From a virus (taxonomy: Duplodnaviria; Caudoviricetes), in IMG/VR virus record IMGVR_UViG_3300020049_010034, positions 1 to 64,000 of that record: a stretch of 64,000 nt of DNA. One strand, written 5' to 3'. The notes below the pieces were generated by a model that was given only the letters and a program-made list of their open reading frames with translations, searched no databases and was not told where the DNA came from. Below, piece after piece: positions 37,648 to 46,317 of the stretch (position 1 is the first letter of the stretch; every line of letters starts with the position of its first letter). A program made the translations under genes and the position numbers.

Positions 37648-37794
37648 ATGAGCTTTAGAAGATCTCGATGGTATAGATTTTTTGCTTGGGTGGTTGGCAA
37701 GACAAGCGAGTGCCGAGTGTGTTATAGAATGCTATGGCCAAGCGATACAATTTGTAGCCATGAATGCGCCACGGAATTTTTAGAACGACTTTGA
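37648..37794 (+). CDS. 48-aa C4 zinc-finger-like protein
   Basis: Below track cutoff; MSFRRSRWYRFFAWVVGKTSECRVCYRMLWPSDTICSHECATEFLERL contains CxxC and CxxxC. Confidence 0.5.
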   Translation: MSFRRSRWYRFFAWVVGKTSECRVCYRMLWPSDTICSHECATEFLERL

Positions 37795-37825
37795 TCAGGT
37801 AAAGCTATCAAAACCAGAGGAACAA

Positions 37826-38122
37826 ATGAAAACAGAAAATATTTCAGTTGCGGATTTTATCAGGTCGAACCTTGACACTCCCCTTATAGTTTTCGGTGGA
37901 TTGACAGGTATTAAATTTGCGGAAAAGCATGGGTGGGATGAGGTATGGTGCTGCCTAGCTCGTATGTATGGAATGATGCCGTCTTTTAAAGATACTGAGC
38001 GACTGGAGTGGCTTCTAGATAAAAGATACAAAATTAAAGATGGTGAATACTATGTTGCTGGAGTTGGATATTCCAAAACACCGCGAGAAGCCATCGACGC
38101 AGCAATGAAAGATGAAAATTAA
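37826..38122 (+). CDS. Small protein with DTERLEW...REAIDAAM module
   Basis: GAGG Shine-Dalgarno; shares C-terminal module with 36123-36551. Confidence 0.6.
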   Translation: MKTENISVADFIRSNLDTPLIVFGGLTGIKFAEKHGWDEVWCCLARMYGMMPSFKDTERLEWLLDKRYKIKDGEYYVAGVGYSKTPREAIDAAMKDEN

Positions 38123-38432
38123 AATGAAAATTTATAGAGATTTTGATGACTATTGGCAAAATGGAGATCATGGCTGGTCAAGTGCTAGTATCGATATTGC
38201 AAAAGAGGAATGGGAGCGATTCGCCCCGACTATTAACGCATCGCGGGATGATTATAAAAACTTGTATTTAAGTTTGTGTAAAGAAATTGCAGATAGAAAA
38301 TGTATGCACGTTGACGCACTGTATAAATACATTAGTCTGTTTACAAAAGAAGATGCACCAACATTTCCTAGATGGTGGAGTAAAGACATTATGAAGGAAC
38401 TTGATAGCGAAACGCCAAAGGATAAGGAATGA
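38112..38432 (+). CDS. Small hypothetical protein
   Basis: 106-aa ORF. Confidence 0.55.
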   Translation: MKIKMKIYRDFDDYWQNGDHGWSSASIDIAKEEWERFAPTINASRDDYKNLYLSLCKEIADRKCMHVDALYKYISLFTKEDAPTFPRWWSKDIMKELDSETPKDKE

Positions 38433-39385
38433 CATCTAAATATAACTTTGCATGGGGAGATCCCGTCGGAATCAGGCAGGTACTGGTTTCCGTATATCCA
38501 GAGTTAAAGCTTCCTTGGTTTAATCCAGAAGATATGGGATACGGTCAGCATCAAGGGGACGACTCTCTGATTGCCGCCATACGCCAAGGCTTAAAGCAGG
38601 ACTACGCTCACATACTTATCACGACAGGGTGCAGTCAGGCTATCCAAGCCGCCCTGTACGCGTTAAAAACAGACCTTCACAGCAAAGTTAGAACAAGATC
38701 TCTTTATTTCCCTTTTTACCCCAAGATGATTGAAGTGAGCGGCCTCAGTAGAAACACCAGAACGGAAGACCCTACAGATATCCTGCTATGGGACGTACCA
38801 TCAAACCCCTTGGGTATGGTAAACTTTCCCTTGGTTCAAAACCCGACTATTTTAGATCTGTCTTATATGTCAGATACCTACCTAGCAAAACCCATAACCA
38901 CGCCAAAAGCTACCGTAGCGGTCGGGAGCCTTGGTAAGCTTACGGGCATGACTGGCTTGCGATTAGGCTTTCTTGCTACCGATAGCGACTCCTTATATTT
39001 AAAAGCTTACGATCGGGTGTGCTTTGACAGTATCGGAGCGCCAGCGGTTGGTCAAAAAACAATCGCGAAAATCCTATCCGATCAGGATCGCTGGATGTTT
39101 TTCACAGCTAGATCTAAAGCGATGGTTGACTCGAATCGCTATGAAATCAGTAGGTTAAGTTACCTATTTGACGGGCAAGAGATACCTGAGAACGGGATGT
39201 TTGCTTTTTTTAGCTCAAACCCAAGGGTTGGACGTATCTTCGAAAAAGCATCGGTTGCTTGGACTTCGGGCTTGGATTGCGGTGCGGATTACTACTCTAT
39301 GCGCTTTAACCTGTCCAGAACTAATATAGAGACCCGCAACATGGTTAATCAGGTTTTAAAAATAGATAAGAATAGCGTTAAATAA
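38429..39385 (+). CDS. PLP-dependent fold-type I aminotransferase, alliinase/TAA1-like
   Basis: ITTGCSQAIQAALYAL, PSNPLG, ILDLSY, GSLGKLTGMTGLRLGF (PLP lysine), MRFNL. Confidence 0.8.
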   Translation: MTSKYNFAWGDPVGIRQVLVSVYPELKLPWFNPEDMGYGQHQGDDSLIAAIRQGLKQDYAHILITTGCSQAIQAALYALKTDLHSKVRTRSLYFPFYPKMIEVSGLSRNTRTEDPTDILLWDVPSNPLGMVNFPLVQNPTILDLSYMSDTYLAKPITTPKATVAVGSLGKLTGMTGLRLGFLATDSDSLYLKAYDRVCFDSIGAPAVGQKTIAKILSDQDRWMFFTARSKAMVDSNRYEISRLSYLFDGQEIPENGMFAFFSSNPRVGRIFEKASVAWTSGLDCGADYYSMRFNLSRTNIETRNMVNQVLKIDKNSVK

Positions 39386-39388
39386 GTG

Positions 39389-39417
39389 TTGACGACTCCC
39401 TCGCGTTGCATTAGTCT
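39389..39417 (+). promoter_or_regulatory. Sigma70-type (early) promoter TTGACG-N17-TAGTCT
   Basis: Intergenic with 17-bp spacer; followed by a small hairpin with an AATTAA loop. Confidence 0.55.
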
Positions 39418-39461
39418 CTATTCATGGGCAGCAATTAAGCAGCTCTAAAGAAAATAACGAT

Positions 39462-39665
39462 ATGAACAACCATAAATTTGTTTTAGTGTTTAGAACCCAT
39501 AATTATTTTGATGGTATAAAAAACAACAATCAGGATTCTTATGGCTGGGAGTTAGTAGATAATGTTGAGTATACTGACTACACTACAGCTAAAGCTATGA
39601 TGGCTGAGTATCAACAAGCTTTCACCAACTACTGCGTTCGTATTAGAGCAATTCGATTAACATAA
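39462..39665 (+). CDS. Small hypothetical protein
   Basis: 67-aa ORF behind promoter. Confidence 0.55.
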   Translation: MNNHKFVLVFRTHNYFDGIKNNNQDSYGWELVDNVEYTDYTTAKAMMAEYQQAFTNYCVRIRAIRLT

Positions 39666-39672
39666 AAAGGAA

Positions 39673-39912
39673 ATGATTATGAAAAAAACACACGGTATCG
39701 TAAAATGGTTTAACTCAACAAAAGGTTACGGATTCATCCAAGCCGAAAACAATGACGAAATATTCGTTCACTACAGCGCGATCGTATCGGACGGTTTCCA
39801 AGATCTAAAAGAGAGTCAGAATGTTAGTTTTGAACTGGTAAGCGGCCCCAAAGGCCCTCAAGCTTTCAACGTAGTCGTAACCGATATCCAGCCAAACTAT
39901 ATCGAAAGTTGA
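39673..39912 (+). CDS. Cold-shock domain protein
   Basis: [15 protein letters not shown] (RNP1), IFVHYSAI (RNP2), [10 protein letters not shown]. Confidence 0.95.
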   Translation: MIMKKTHGIVKWFNSTKGYGFIQAENNDEIFVHYSAIVSDGFQDLKESQNVSFELVSGPKGPQAFNVVVTDIQPNYIES

Positions 39913-39971
39913 TGGGAAATGAGATTTCTAAGATTTTTAATTCGGATCGGTGATATCATTTGGAGTAGGCG

Positions 39972-40251
39972 TATGAACAAGCTCATGAAGAAAATCGAAT
40001 ACAAGGAAATGATCTTAAACGAACTTGCGAGGCAAAAGGAAGAGCTTTACGGAAAACTTGCCAAGCATTGGAAGACTCTGGAGCAAAAAGATCAAGAACT
40101 TCAAGCACTTAAAGACGAAAACGAATCTCTAAAGCGGACGGTGGTCGAATACAAAAACAAACTCAAAAAAGAGAAGGGTCGTATTGATTGGATTAAAAAA
40201 TCTTTCAACACCTACTTCAAAGATCTTGCAAAAGATAAGAAATCAAAATAA
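39972..40251 (+). CDS. Coiled-coil hypothetical protein (likely start MNKLMKK)
   Basis: TGATATCAT (39951-39959) and GGAG lie upstream of ATG 39972. Confidence 0.55.
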
Positions 40252-40271
40252 ACTACAAATAAGGAGACTCT

Positions 40272-40748
40272 ATGTTTGGAAACAGTAAAGAATTAAAGAA
40301 CCTACAGAATCAAATGGACGCTTTGAAAGCAATGGTCACGACCACTAACACTAACCTAAGAGTGTGGACTGAGCATCACAGTAGCCGCATCCATGCCTTG
40401 GAGCAAGGCGAGCCTGCCAAAGAGCTAGAAGCTACGAGAAAAGAACTGGAAGCTACGAAAAAAGAGCTTTCTTATTTTAAAGAAGCGACAAAACAACTTG
40501 CCGCACAAGAAAAAAAGTCATTCGTATTAAAAGACAAGAAAATGGTACAGACCCTAAAAGCAAAGCAGTTAGGAGAACTGGAAGAGGCTTTAATGAACGT
40601 CCCGTCGCAGGCTCAGGGGTTTCAAGGTGTTGCAATCGTGTATGAAAAGAAAAGCAAAAAAATAACGGTTCAAAACTTCAATTCTAGAGAAGAGGGCTTA
40701 ACATTGGTTGGGAAGGCTAAAAAAGGGGATATCAGCCTTGTTTTCTAA
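40272..40748 (+). CDS. Coiled-coil hypothetical protein with KELEAT tandem repeat
   Basis: AAGGAG Shine-Dalgarno; KELEATRKELEATKKEL. Confidence 0.6.
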   Translation: MFGNSKELKNLQNQMDALKAMVTTTNTNLRVWTEHHSSRIHALEQGEPAKELEATRKELEATKKELSYFKEATKQLAAQEKKSFVLKDKKMVQTLKAKQLGELEEALMNVPSQAQGFQGVAIVYEKKSKKITVQNFNSREEGLTLVGKAKKGDISLVF

Positions 40749-42687
40749 ATCCATTGGTTCGGACGGTATAATGGAGGCTACTTTTTCTAGACAAGACGAC
40801 CGCGTGTGCGTCTTGTTCAGAAGGTATTTGAAGAGTCCTCCATCCCAACCCAAGCCAGTGGAATACAACCCAATATCTGGTCTAGCCTCTTCAATCTTAC
40901 AAAACCACGCTCTGGGCGGCACTACTCAGAATAGCTCCTCAGTAACGCAAACATTTCTAGAAAGGCTTCCCCTTTTGCTAACATCCCCAATAGTGGGAGA
41001 TCTCTCCTCAAATCAGGTGATTACGGCGACATCTACTGGAGAAATTAAATGGGAAAATCAACCTACTCTGGAGGTCTACCTTTCAGACGGTCAGCTCTCA
41101 AGTTCTTGTGGTGAAGATGTTTTCGTGGAAAGGCTTGATTTTTCATTCAGCGAAAATGGCACCTTGGAGATTTGTTATTTTAAAAAGAATCAAGAAGAGT
41201 CCTACGATTCTTTTTATACGCCGTCGATAAAAGCTTTGTGGAGCGAAATAGACCACATCATAGCGTATTTGTTTTTAAATTTTAAAACCTCAATGCCTTT
41301 CTTTCTCCGAAATCTATACAGTCTTGCGAAAGAAAAGGGTTCGTACTTTCGAGAATTTGAAGGCAAAGAAGATCTAGCGGTTTTAAACGAATTTAAAATA
41401 TATTCCGATACCATACGTTTTAAGTCGCCTTTTATCAAAGAAATTCTAAGTACGATTGACGAAGAGCAAGTTTCAAGAATTGCAAATAATCTACCTAACA
41501 GGTCTATACTGCCCCAAACCTTTTCAGAAATAATCACGGAAAGGTTCGGCAAAGTGTCAAGCACTCTGGCGAATGCCATTAGACAAACCGTTCTATTGAA
41601 AAATGAAATTACGATGAATGTATCTTGCCTAGATACGTTACCGATCGTTTATAAAATGCTTGGGTACGATTATTTCTATCAATTTCTTGGTCGGTATAAC
41701 TGGGATGTAAAACAGGAAGATCGCGAAGGTATAAGTTTCATAAATTGGGAGTCGATAGCTTTCCAAGCACACGGTGACAAAATCGTCAAGCTGATAACTC
41801 CAAAAAAACTTGTCAACTGCCTTTTAAAAGGCTCACTCACCTCAAACTTAGAGTATCTAAGGGACGGCTTGAATATGTATTTGGCATATGATTCGGTAGA
41901 GAAGATACCTAACACGCTAAAAGATAGTTTTCCAAGCGGTATCTCTTTGGATTTTAACTTCGGGACGATAAAAGAGTGGCATGATAAGATTAGCGACCAG
42001 CATATCCTGATCAAAGCCGAGGAGAAATCTAGGCCGATTCCAATCCACCCAAGCTTACACGGTCTTACCGCCTATCAAGACAAAGGATACAGAGCTGAGT
42101 TTGCAAGCCACACCAAAGACTTGATAGTTTGGGGTAAAAAACTCGATATCTGTATTGGTTCTTATGATGACAAGGCTATAAAAGGGGAAAGCGTTTTAGG
42201 CGCAATATACCATAAAAATGAATTGGTTGCTTGCTTTGAAATGCGTGGCCAAAGAATGGCCTATGTAGACACAAGCGGTTTGCCTTGGGATCCTGCAATT
42301 CTAGAAGCTAAAAGTGACGGCGATATCTTTGACGTCCAAAGCAATAAGATGAAAGAAACTTTGTCTATTCTTCCTGTTGTAAGTGACTGGACTAAAGATG
42401 GCGTTGACCACGGCCTTTTAATTCGAAGCATCGTTCAAATCAAGGGGAAGAGAAATAAAGCCCCAGAATTGAAAGAGCAAGAATTTTTGATGGAGGCTTT
42501 ATCCCACTGGATTGAGAACGGCGGGCAGGTTGCCAGAACGTCTTTGCGCTCTGATAATCGGGACAGAACGATAGACGGAATGGTTCTTGACGCTATTAAT
42601 TACAATTACCAGATAGGCGATTTAGTGACTCAGAACCCGCACGGGCTTTATACGACAACGTATTACCAAAACGCTGCTAATGAGTAG
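40708..42687 (+). CDS. PcfJ-like domain protein
   Basis: KEWHDKIS...DLIVWGKKLDICIGSY...IVQIKGKRN fits the PcfJ-like pattern; start position uncertain. Confidence 0.65.
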   Translation: MGRLKKGISALFSKSIGSDGIMEATFSRQDDRVCVLFRRYLKSPPSQPKPVEYNPISGLASSILQNHALGGTTQNSSSVTQTFLERLPLLLTSPIVGDLSSNQVITATSTGEIKWENQPTLEVYLSDGQLSSSCGEDVFVERLDFSFSENGTLEICYFKKNQEESYDSFYTPSIKALWSEIDHIIAYLFLNFKTSMPFFLRNLYSLAKEKGSYFREFEGKEDLAVLNEFKIYSDTIRFKSPFIKEILSTIDEEQVSRIANNLPNRSILPQTFSEIITERFGKVSSTLANAIRQTVLLKNEITMNVSCLDTLPIVYKMLGYDYFYQFLGRYNWDVKQEDREGISFINWESIAFQAHGDKIVKLITPKKLVNCLLKGSLTSNLEYLRDGLNMYLAYDSVEKIPNTLKDSFPSGISLDFNFGTIKEWHDKISDQHILIKAEEKSRPIPIHPSLHGLTAYQDKGYRAEFASHTKDLIVWGKKLDICIGSYDDKAIKGESVLGAIYHKNELVACFEMRGQRMAYVDTSGLPWDPAILEAKSDGDIFDVQSNKMKETLSILPVVSDWTKDGVDHGLLIRSIVQIKGKRNKAPELKEQEFLMEALSHWIENGGQVARTSLRSDNRDRTIDGMVLDAINYNYQIGDLVTQNPHGLYTTTYYQNAANE

Positions 42688-42697
42688 TACGGGATGG

Positions 42698-42937
42698 TTA
42701 CCAGTGGCCTTTAGGACAGACCATTCCAGCAAGCTTAGTCTTGACGGGCATCGCGCAGCCGCAGACTTCACACATCTTTAAAGCGCCGATCTTTTTTAGC
42801 AAAGGGCACGACTCACATATAGCCATTCTATTTTGAGCAACTTCGTCCGAAACGGACAGATCGCTTCCTTCCACCACGTTTGTCGCAATAGTTTTAGCGG
42901 ATTCGGCTGCAAGCTTGATCTTTTCAAGTAAGCTCAT
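42698..42937 (-). CDS. Small Cys-rich metal-binding phage protein
   Basis: RMAICESCP...CEVCGC...K...CP..W. Confidence 0.65.
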   Translation of the reverse strand: MSLLEKIKLAAESAKTIATNVVEGSDLSVSDEVAQNRMAICESCPLLKKIGALKMCEVCGCAMPVKTKLAGMVCPKGHW

Positions 42938-43248
42938 TTTGCACCCAAGGCGTTAATCAGGTTTAATAAAGAGTTCTTATCGAAAGAATCGCCGCCAACA
43001 AAATTACCGTTATCGAAAACAAAAGTGTAGGGAATGGTCTCATTTTGATACGCCTCGAAGAAAGCTTTGTTTTCTTCATTTACTTCAATGTGGTACATCG
43101 ATATTCCCAAACTGTTGGCGTGAGCCTCAAGCTCTGGGAGGTGCTTTTTAAGCTCTTGGCAGTGCTGGCATAGATCGGCCAAGGCATTGACAAGAGTGAT
43201 TTTGGGGGAGTACGCTATATCGCTTGCTTTAATGAATTTAATATCCAT
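42934..43248 (-). CDS. Thioredoxin-like protein
   Basis: CQHC active-site motif, cis-Pro segment TIPYT, 104 aa. Confidence 0.8.
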   Translation of the reverse strand: MDIKFIKASDIAYSPKITLVNALADLCQHCQELKKHLPELEAHANSLGISMYHIEVNEENKAFFEAYQNETIPYTFVFDNGNFVGGDSFDKNSLLNLINALGAK

Positions 43249-43254
43249 GCGATA

Positions 43255-43287
43255 ATAGTATCAGCCTTTCCTATAGCTTTTCAACCA
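43255..43287 (-). promoter_or_regulatory. Promoter TTGAAA-N18-TACTAT with TG extension; likely leaderless transcript
   Basis: TGATACTAT ends 6 nt before the thioredoxin ATG, leaving no room for a Shine-Dalgarno. Confidence 0.5.
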
Positions 43288-43398
43288 AAATGCAGTTTTG
43301 CAGGTTCGTACCCTTAAGTTCTTGACAGTCTTTTACTAAAACGCGTGATGAAGCGCACCCCGATAAAAACAATATAGCAACTACTATTAGATATTTCA

Positions 43399-45222
43399 TT
43401 ATCGTTGACCCATGCAAAGGACGTTAATTTTCTCTCCGTCAGCTGGAACGGCTACCGAGTTCTGAGTGAAAAATTTATAAACGGTCGTAGTTGGAACGTC
43501 GTTAGAAATACACCCTGCCTGAGCACTTATACAGGTGCAGGTCGGAGGGGTGCTGAATATTCCTGCGGCTATATTTAGCTGATACTCGCCAGCGGCTGCT
43601 CTGGTGACCGAAGTTAGCCAAGATCCAGATTGCCTGTTAATAGTACAGGGTGAGGAAGAGCAAACACCGCCCTCCGCAATGGTAGCCCGCTCAATCCTCT
43701 CAAGCCCAGCACTGTTTGAAGTGACGGAGCCGACTAAAAGAGGAGCAGGAAACTGTTGGTTAATGCCTACTATTGAAAACGATGTAGCTTTTACAGTGGT
43801 AGTGCCTCCATTAGAGGATGACTGAACCTTGAATGTCGATACTGAAGATAGCGAAGTAATGTTAGTTGTGCCGCACCCACCTGAAGTTACTTGAGTAGCG
43901 CCGCCACCGCCATCTCCTGACTGTGCCCCAACAATTACATTTCCTGATCCATCTACTAATCTTGAAGTAGGGGAATTTAATGTGGCAACCATAGTACCTG
44001 TATAACAAACTAAGTACGAACCTATTTTTGGCACAGTGCAATCAATACCAAGAAGAGATGACCCGTTTATAACACAGCTAACGCCCGTAGAGTTTGTCGT
44101 GGTAACAGCACCAGTAATGCCTGTTGGATCGGCAAAAGATGCGGATGAGGTAGATCCAGATAAAGTAGCTGTTCCGCTCCAAGAAGCAGCGGTGTTATCA
44201 ACACTTACCGCTTGCTGAGAAGAAGTTGGAAATCTATAAAGCTTTAAAACACCCGGCCCACCAGTCGATCCATATATTCCGCAACCTAAAGCTCCGTTAG
44301 TAGTTCTAGCTCTAATCTGTAAAGTGATATTGCTTTGAGCGGTGTCGTACTTGAAAGAAGATGTGAAGGTGGATCCTCGAAACGCGTCAGGGCCTGTTAG
44401 TGCGGACTCCACCGTAACTCGTTCGCGCCACTCGTTAGTGCCGTCGTAAACTTCATATAGACAAGCGTAGGAGCCAGCATTGCTTTGACCGAAATTGCCG
44501 TCATAAGTTAAAAAATACTCTCCAGCAGGAAGGCTTGCAAAAGTCATTGCTGGAACATTGGTAGCAGGGGCTTGAGCGTTACCTTCTACCGCGTAGCTAC
44601 AACCAGCTTCAGGGCCGAAAGTAGCAAAAGATGTTGAAGTGGTGTTCCAAAAAGAAGCACATCCACTGATTTTTACCAGACCAAACATTTGAGCCTGACT
44701 GACGTTCGTTAGGTTGGTAGCATTTCCGTAAGTAACATTTGCAACCCGTAGAGCCGAAGTCCCTGTGTTGCCCGTGGTATTTGCGATACGCACTGTAGTA
44801 GATGACGACAGATCACCGCAAGGAGCGTTTAATTGAACCTGCACTGGAGTAGTAGAAGCCCCTAAAACTTGAGAGGTAGCGACAACGGATGCGCCTTGTA
44901 AAACCTGAGCAACGACATTTGACCCCATCGAAGATGCGGTATAGACAAAGCTAAATAAACAATTTCCACCAGACAGGCCGCGATCTAAAGTAGCTAAAGT
45001 CCAAGTGACGGATCCGTTTGTGTTGTTTGGCAAAGCGATTGCGAAATCGGATTCTTTTGTAAGAGGCGTTGTGGTGTTTCTTGAAACGGTTGCGGAGTTC
45101 GCAACTGAAACATCGTTTACGTTATCGAAAGCCGAAGAGTTTAGAACGAAGGATGATCCTAAGTTTCCAGCTTGATTTCCTAGTAAGTATTGTGATAAAA
45201 GTTTACGATTTGTACTGTTCAT
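43399..45222 (-). CDS. Tail fibre / receptor-binding protein (Cys-containing beta domains)
   Basis: S/T/G-rich multi-domain protein in tail cluster; likely start MNSTNRK at 45222 (ATGA overlap with the HNH stop). Confidence 0.7.
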   Translation of the reverse strand: MNSTNRKLLSQYLLGNQAGNLGSSFVLNSSAFDNVNDVSVANSATVSRNTTTPLTKESDFAIALPNNTNGSVTWTLATLDRGLSGGNCLFSFVYTASSMGSNVVAQVLQGASVVATSQVLGASTTPVQVQLNAPCGDLSSSTTVRIANTTGNTGTSALRVANVTYGNATNLTNVSQAQMFGLVKISGCASFWNTTSTSFATFGPEAGCSYAVEGNAQAPATNVPAMTFASLPAGEYFLTYDGNFGQSNAGSYACLYEVYDGTNEWRERVTVESALTGPDAFRGSTFTSSFKYDTAQSNITLQIRARTTNGALGCGIYGSTGGPGVLKLYRFPTSSQQAVSVDNTAASWSGTATLSGSTSSASFADPTGITGAVTTTNSTGVSCVINGSSLLGIDCTVPKIGSYLVCYTGTMVATLNSPTSRLVDGSGNVIVGAQSGDGGGGATQVTSGGCGTTNITSLSSVSTFKVQSSSNGGTTTVKATSFSIVGINQQFPAPLLVGSVTSNSAGLERIERATIAEGGVCSSSPCTINRQSGSWLTSVTRAAAGEYQLNIAAGIFSTPPTCTCISAQAGCISNDVPTTTVYKFFTQNSVAVPADGEKINVLCMGQR

Positions 45223-45911
45223 ATCTTGTTTCCTTTCCTCATATTCTCTATGTGCCAAAGGGGTCTTAAGTTTGTGTAATGGCTAACCTTTAAAAATTCC
45301 TCTCGCTTGCCGAGATCCACCTTTGAGAGCGGGACAATATGGTCTATAGACCATTCGCTCGGCTTGATTCCATAGTTATTCCAACTCATCCCTTCTTGAA
45401 AACCCGATTCCAAATGGGCTCTTAACTCATCTATAGAGCAGCCCAGAGCTTCTATAGCCGAACCTGTTTTTTGATTGTTTTTGATAGCCTTCAAGAATCG
45501 ACACCTCATATTGTGGGATAGCCTGTATCCAATGTCTTCCTTAAACCTTTCTCTGTGTCTTTTATTCCTAAGAGATCGGGCGTAGTCCGTCTCTCTTCTT
45601 TTTTTAGCCTGAATATTGAGCTGCTCTTTGTTTTTTTGATAATACTCTCGTTTTTTTGCTGACAATTTTTCTTTGTTTTTTCTCTGGTATTCTTTGTCCG
45701 AGTCCGACTTTGATTTCTTATTCTCAGTTCTCCATTTTTTTAAATAAGCCAATCTATCGTCTCGTTTAATCAAATAGTTTTTTTTCGCCTTTTTGGCACA
45801 GCAAAGTTTGCAAAAATTCAGATACCCATCTTTCATCCCTCCATGTCTTTGGAAGCAACCGATATCTTTTTCTACCGAGCAGGTTTTACATCTTTTTACC
45901 GTGTTAAGCAT
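45219..45911 (-). CDS. Free-standing HNH homing endonuclease with N-terminal Zn finger
   Basis: CKTC...DG...CKLC, basic helix, WSIDHIVPLS...HYTNLRPLWHIENMRKGNK. Confidence 0.88.
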   Translation of the reverse strand: MLNTVKRCKTCSVEKDIGCFQRHGGMKDGYLNFCKLCCAKKAKKNYLIKRDDRLAYLKKWRTENKKSKSDSDKEYQRKNKEKLSAKKREYYQKNKEQLNIQAKKRRETDYARSLRNKRHRERFKEDIGYRLSHNMRCRFLKAIKNNQKTGSAIEALGCSIDELRAHLESGFQEGMSWNNYGIKPSEWSIDHIVPLSKVDLGKREEFLKVSHYTNLRPLWHIENMRKGNKI

Positions 45912-46281
45912 TACGAAAAGTCTCGATATAGCGGTCTAGGGTTTGAAAATACTGTAATTCGATCACATCGTACAGAGCCAAAGTAATGTTACCGTTTAAG
46001 ATTAATCCGCCTGCGGTATCGGAGTTGGTCAGGGTAACGGTATTAACTAGACTGCCGCCAACCAAGCGAATGACAGCTCCGTCAATAGCCGTTACTGAAA
46101 AAGGTGATAGAACTGACGCCACGACAGGGCCGCCAGAACCAGTGATCGTAATAGCTTGACTACGATCCGCCGTGGACAAAGTGATAGAACCAGCATTACT
46201 AACTGTTTGGGTGTACAGATTCCAAGCTCCGCCGCTTGAACCACCACCAAGTGAATCTTGGTTGGTTCTCTGTTTTATCAT
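45904..46281 (-). CDS. Small tail-associated structural protein
   Basis: G/S/T-rich beta protein in tail cluster; frame is open upstream to 46317. Confidence 0.55.
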   Translation of the reverse strand: MIKQRTNQDSLGGGSSGGAWNLYTQTVSNAGSITLSTADRSQAITITGSGGPVVASVLSPFSVTAIDGAVIRLVGGSLVNTVTLTNSDTAGGLILNGNITLALYDVIELQYFQTLDRYIETFRNA

Positions 46282-46317
46282 GGCCTTAGAGGATATTTTT
46301 CTTGAAATTGCGATAAC

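Noticed and set aside
40415-40470. 21-nt tandem repeat encoding KELEAT
   Set aside because: Simple heptad duplication in a coiled coil with no sign of a regulatory role.
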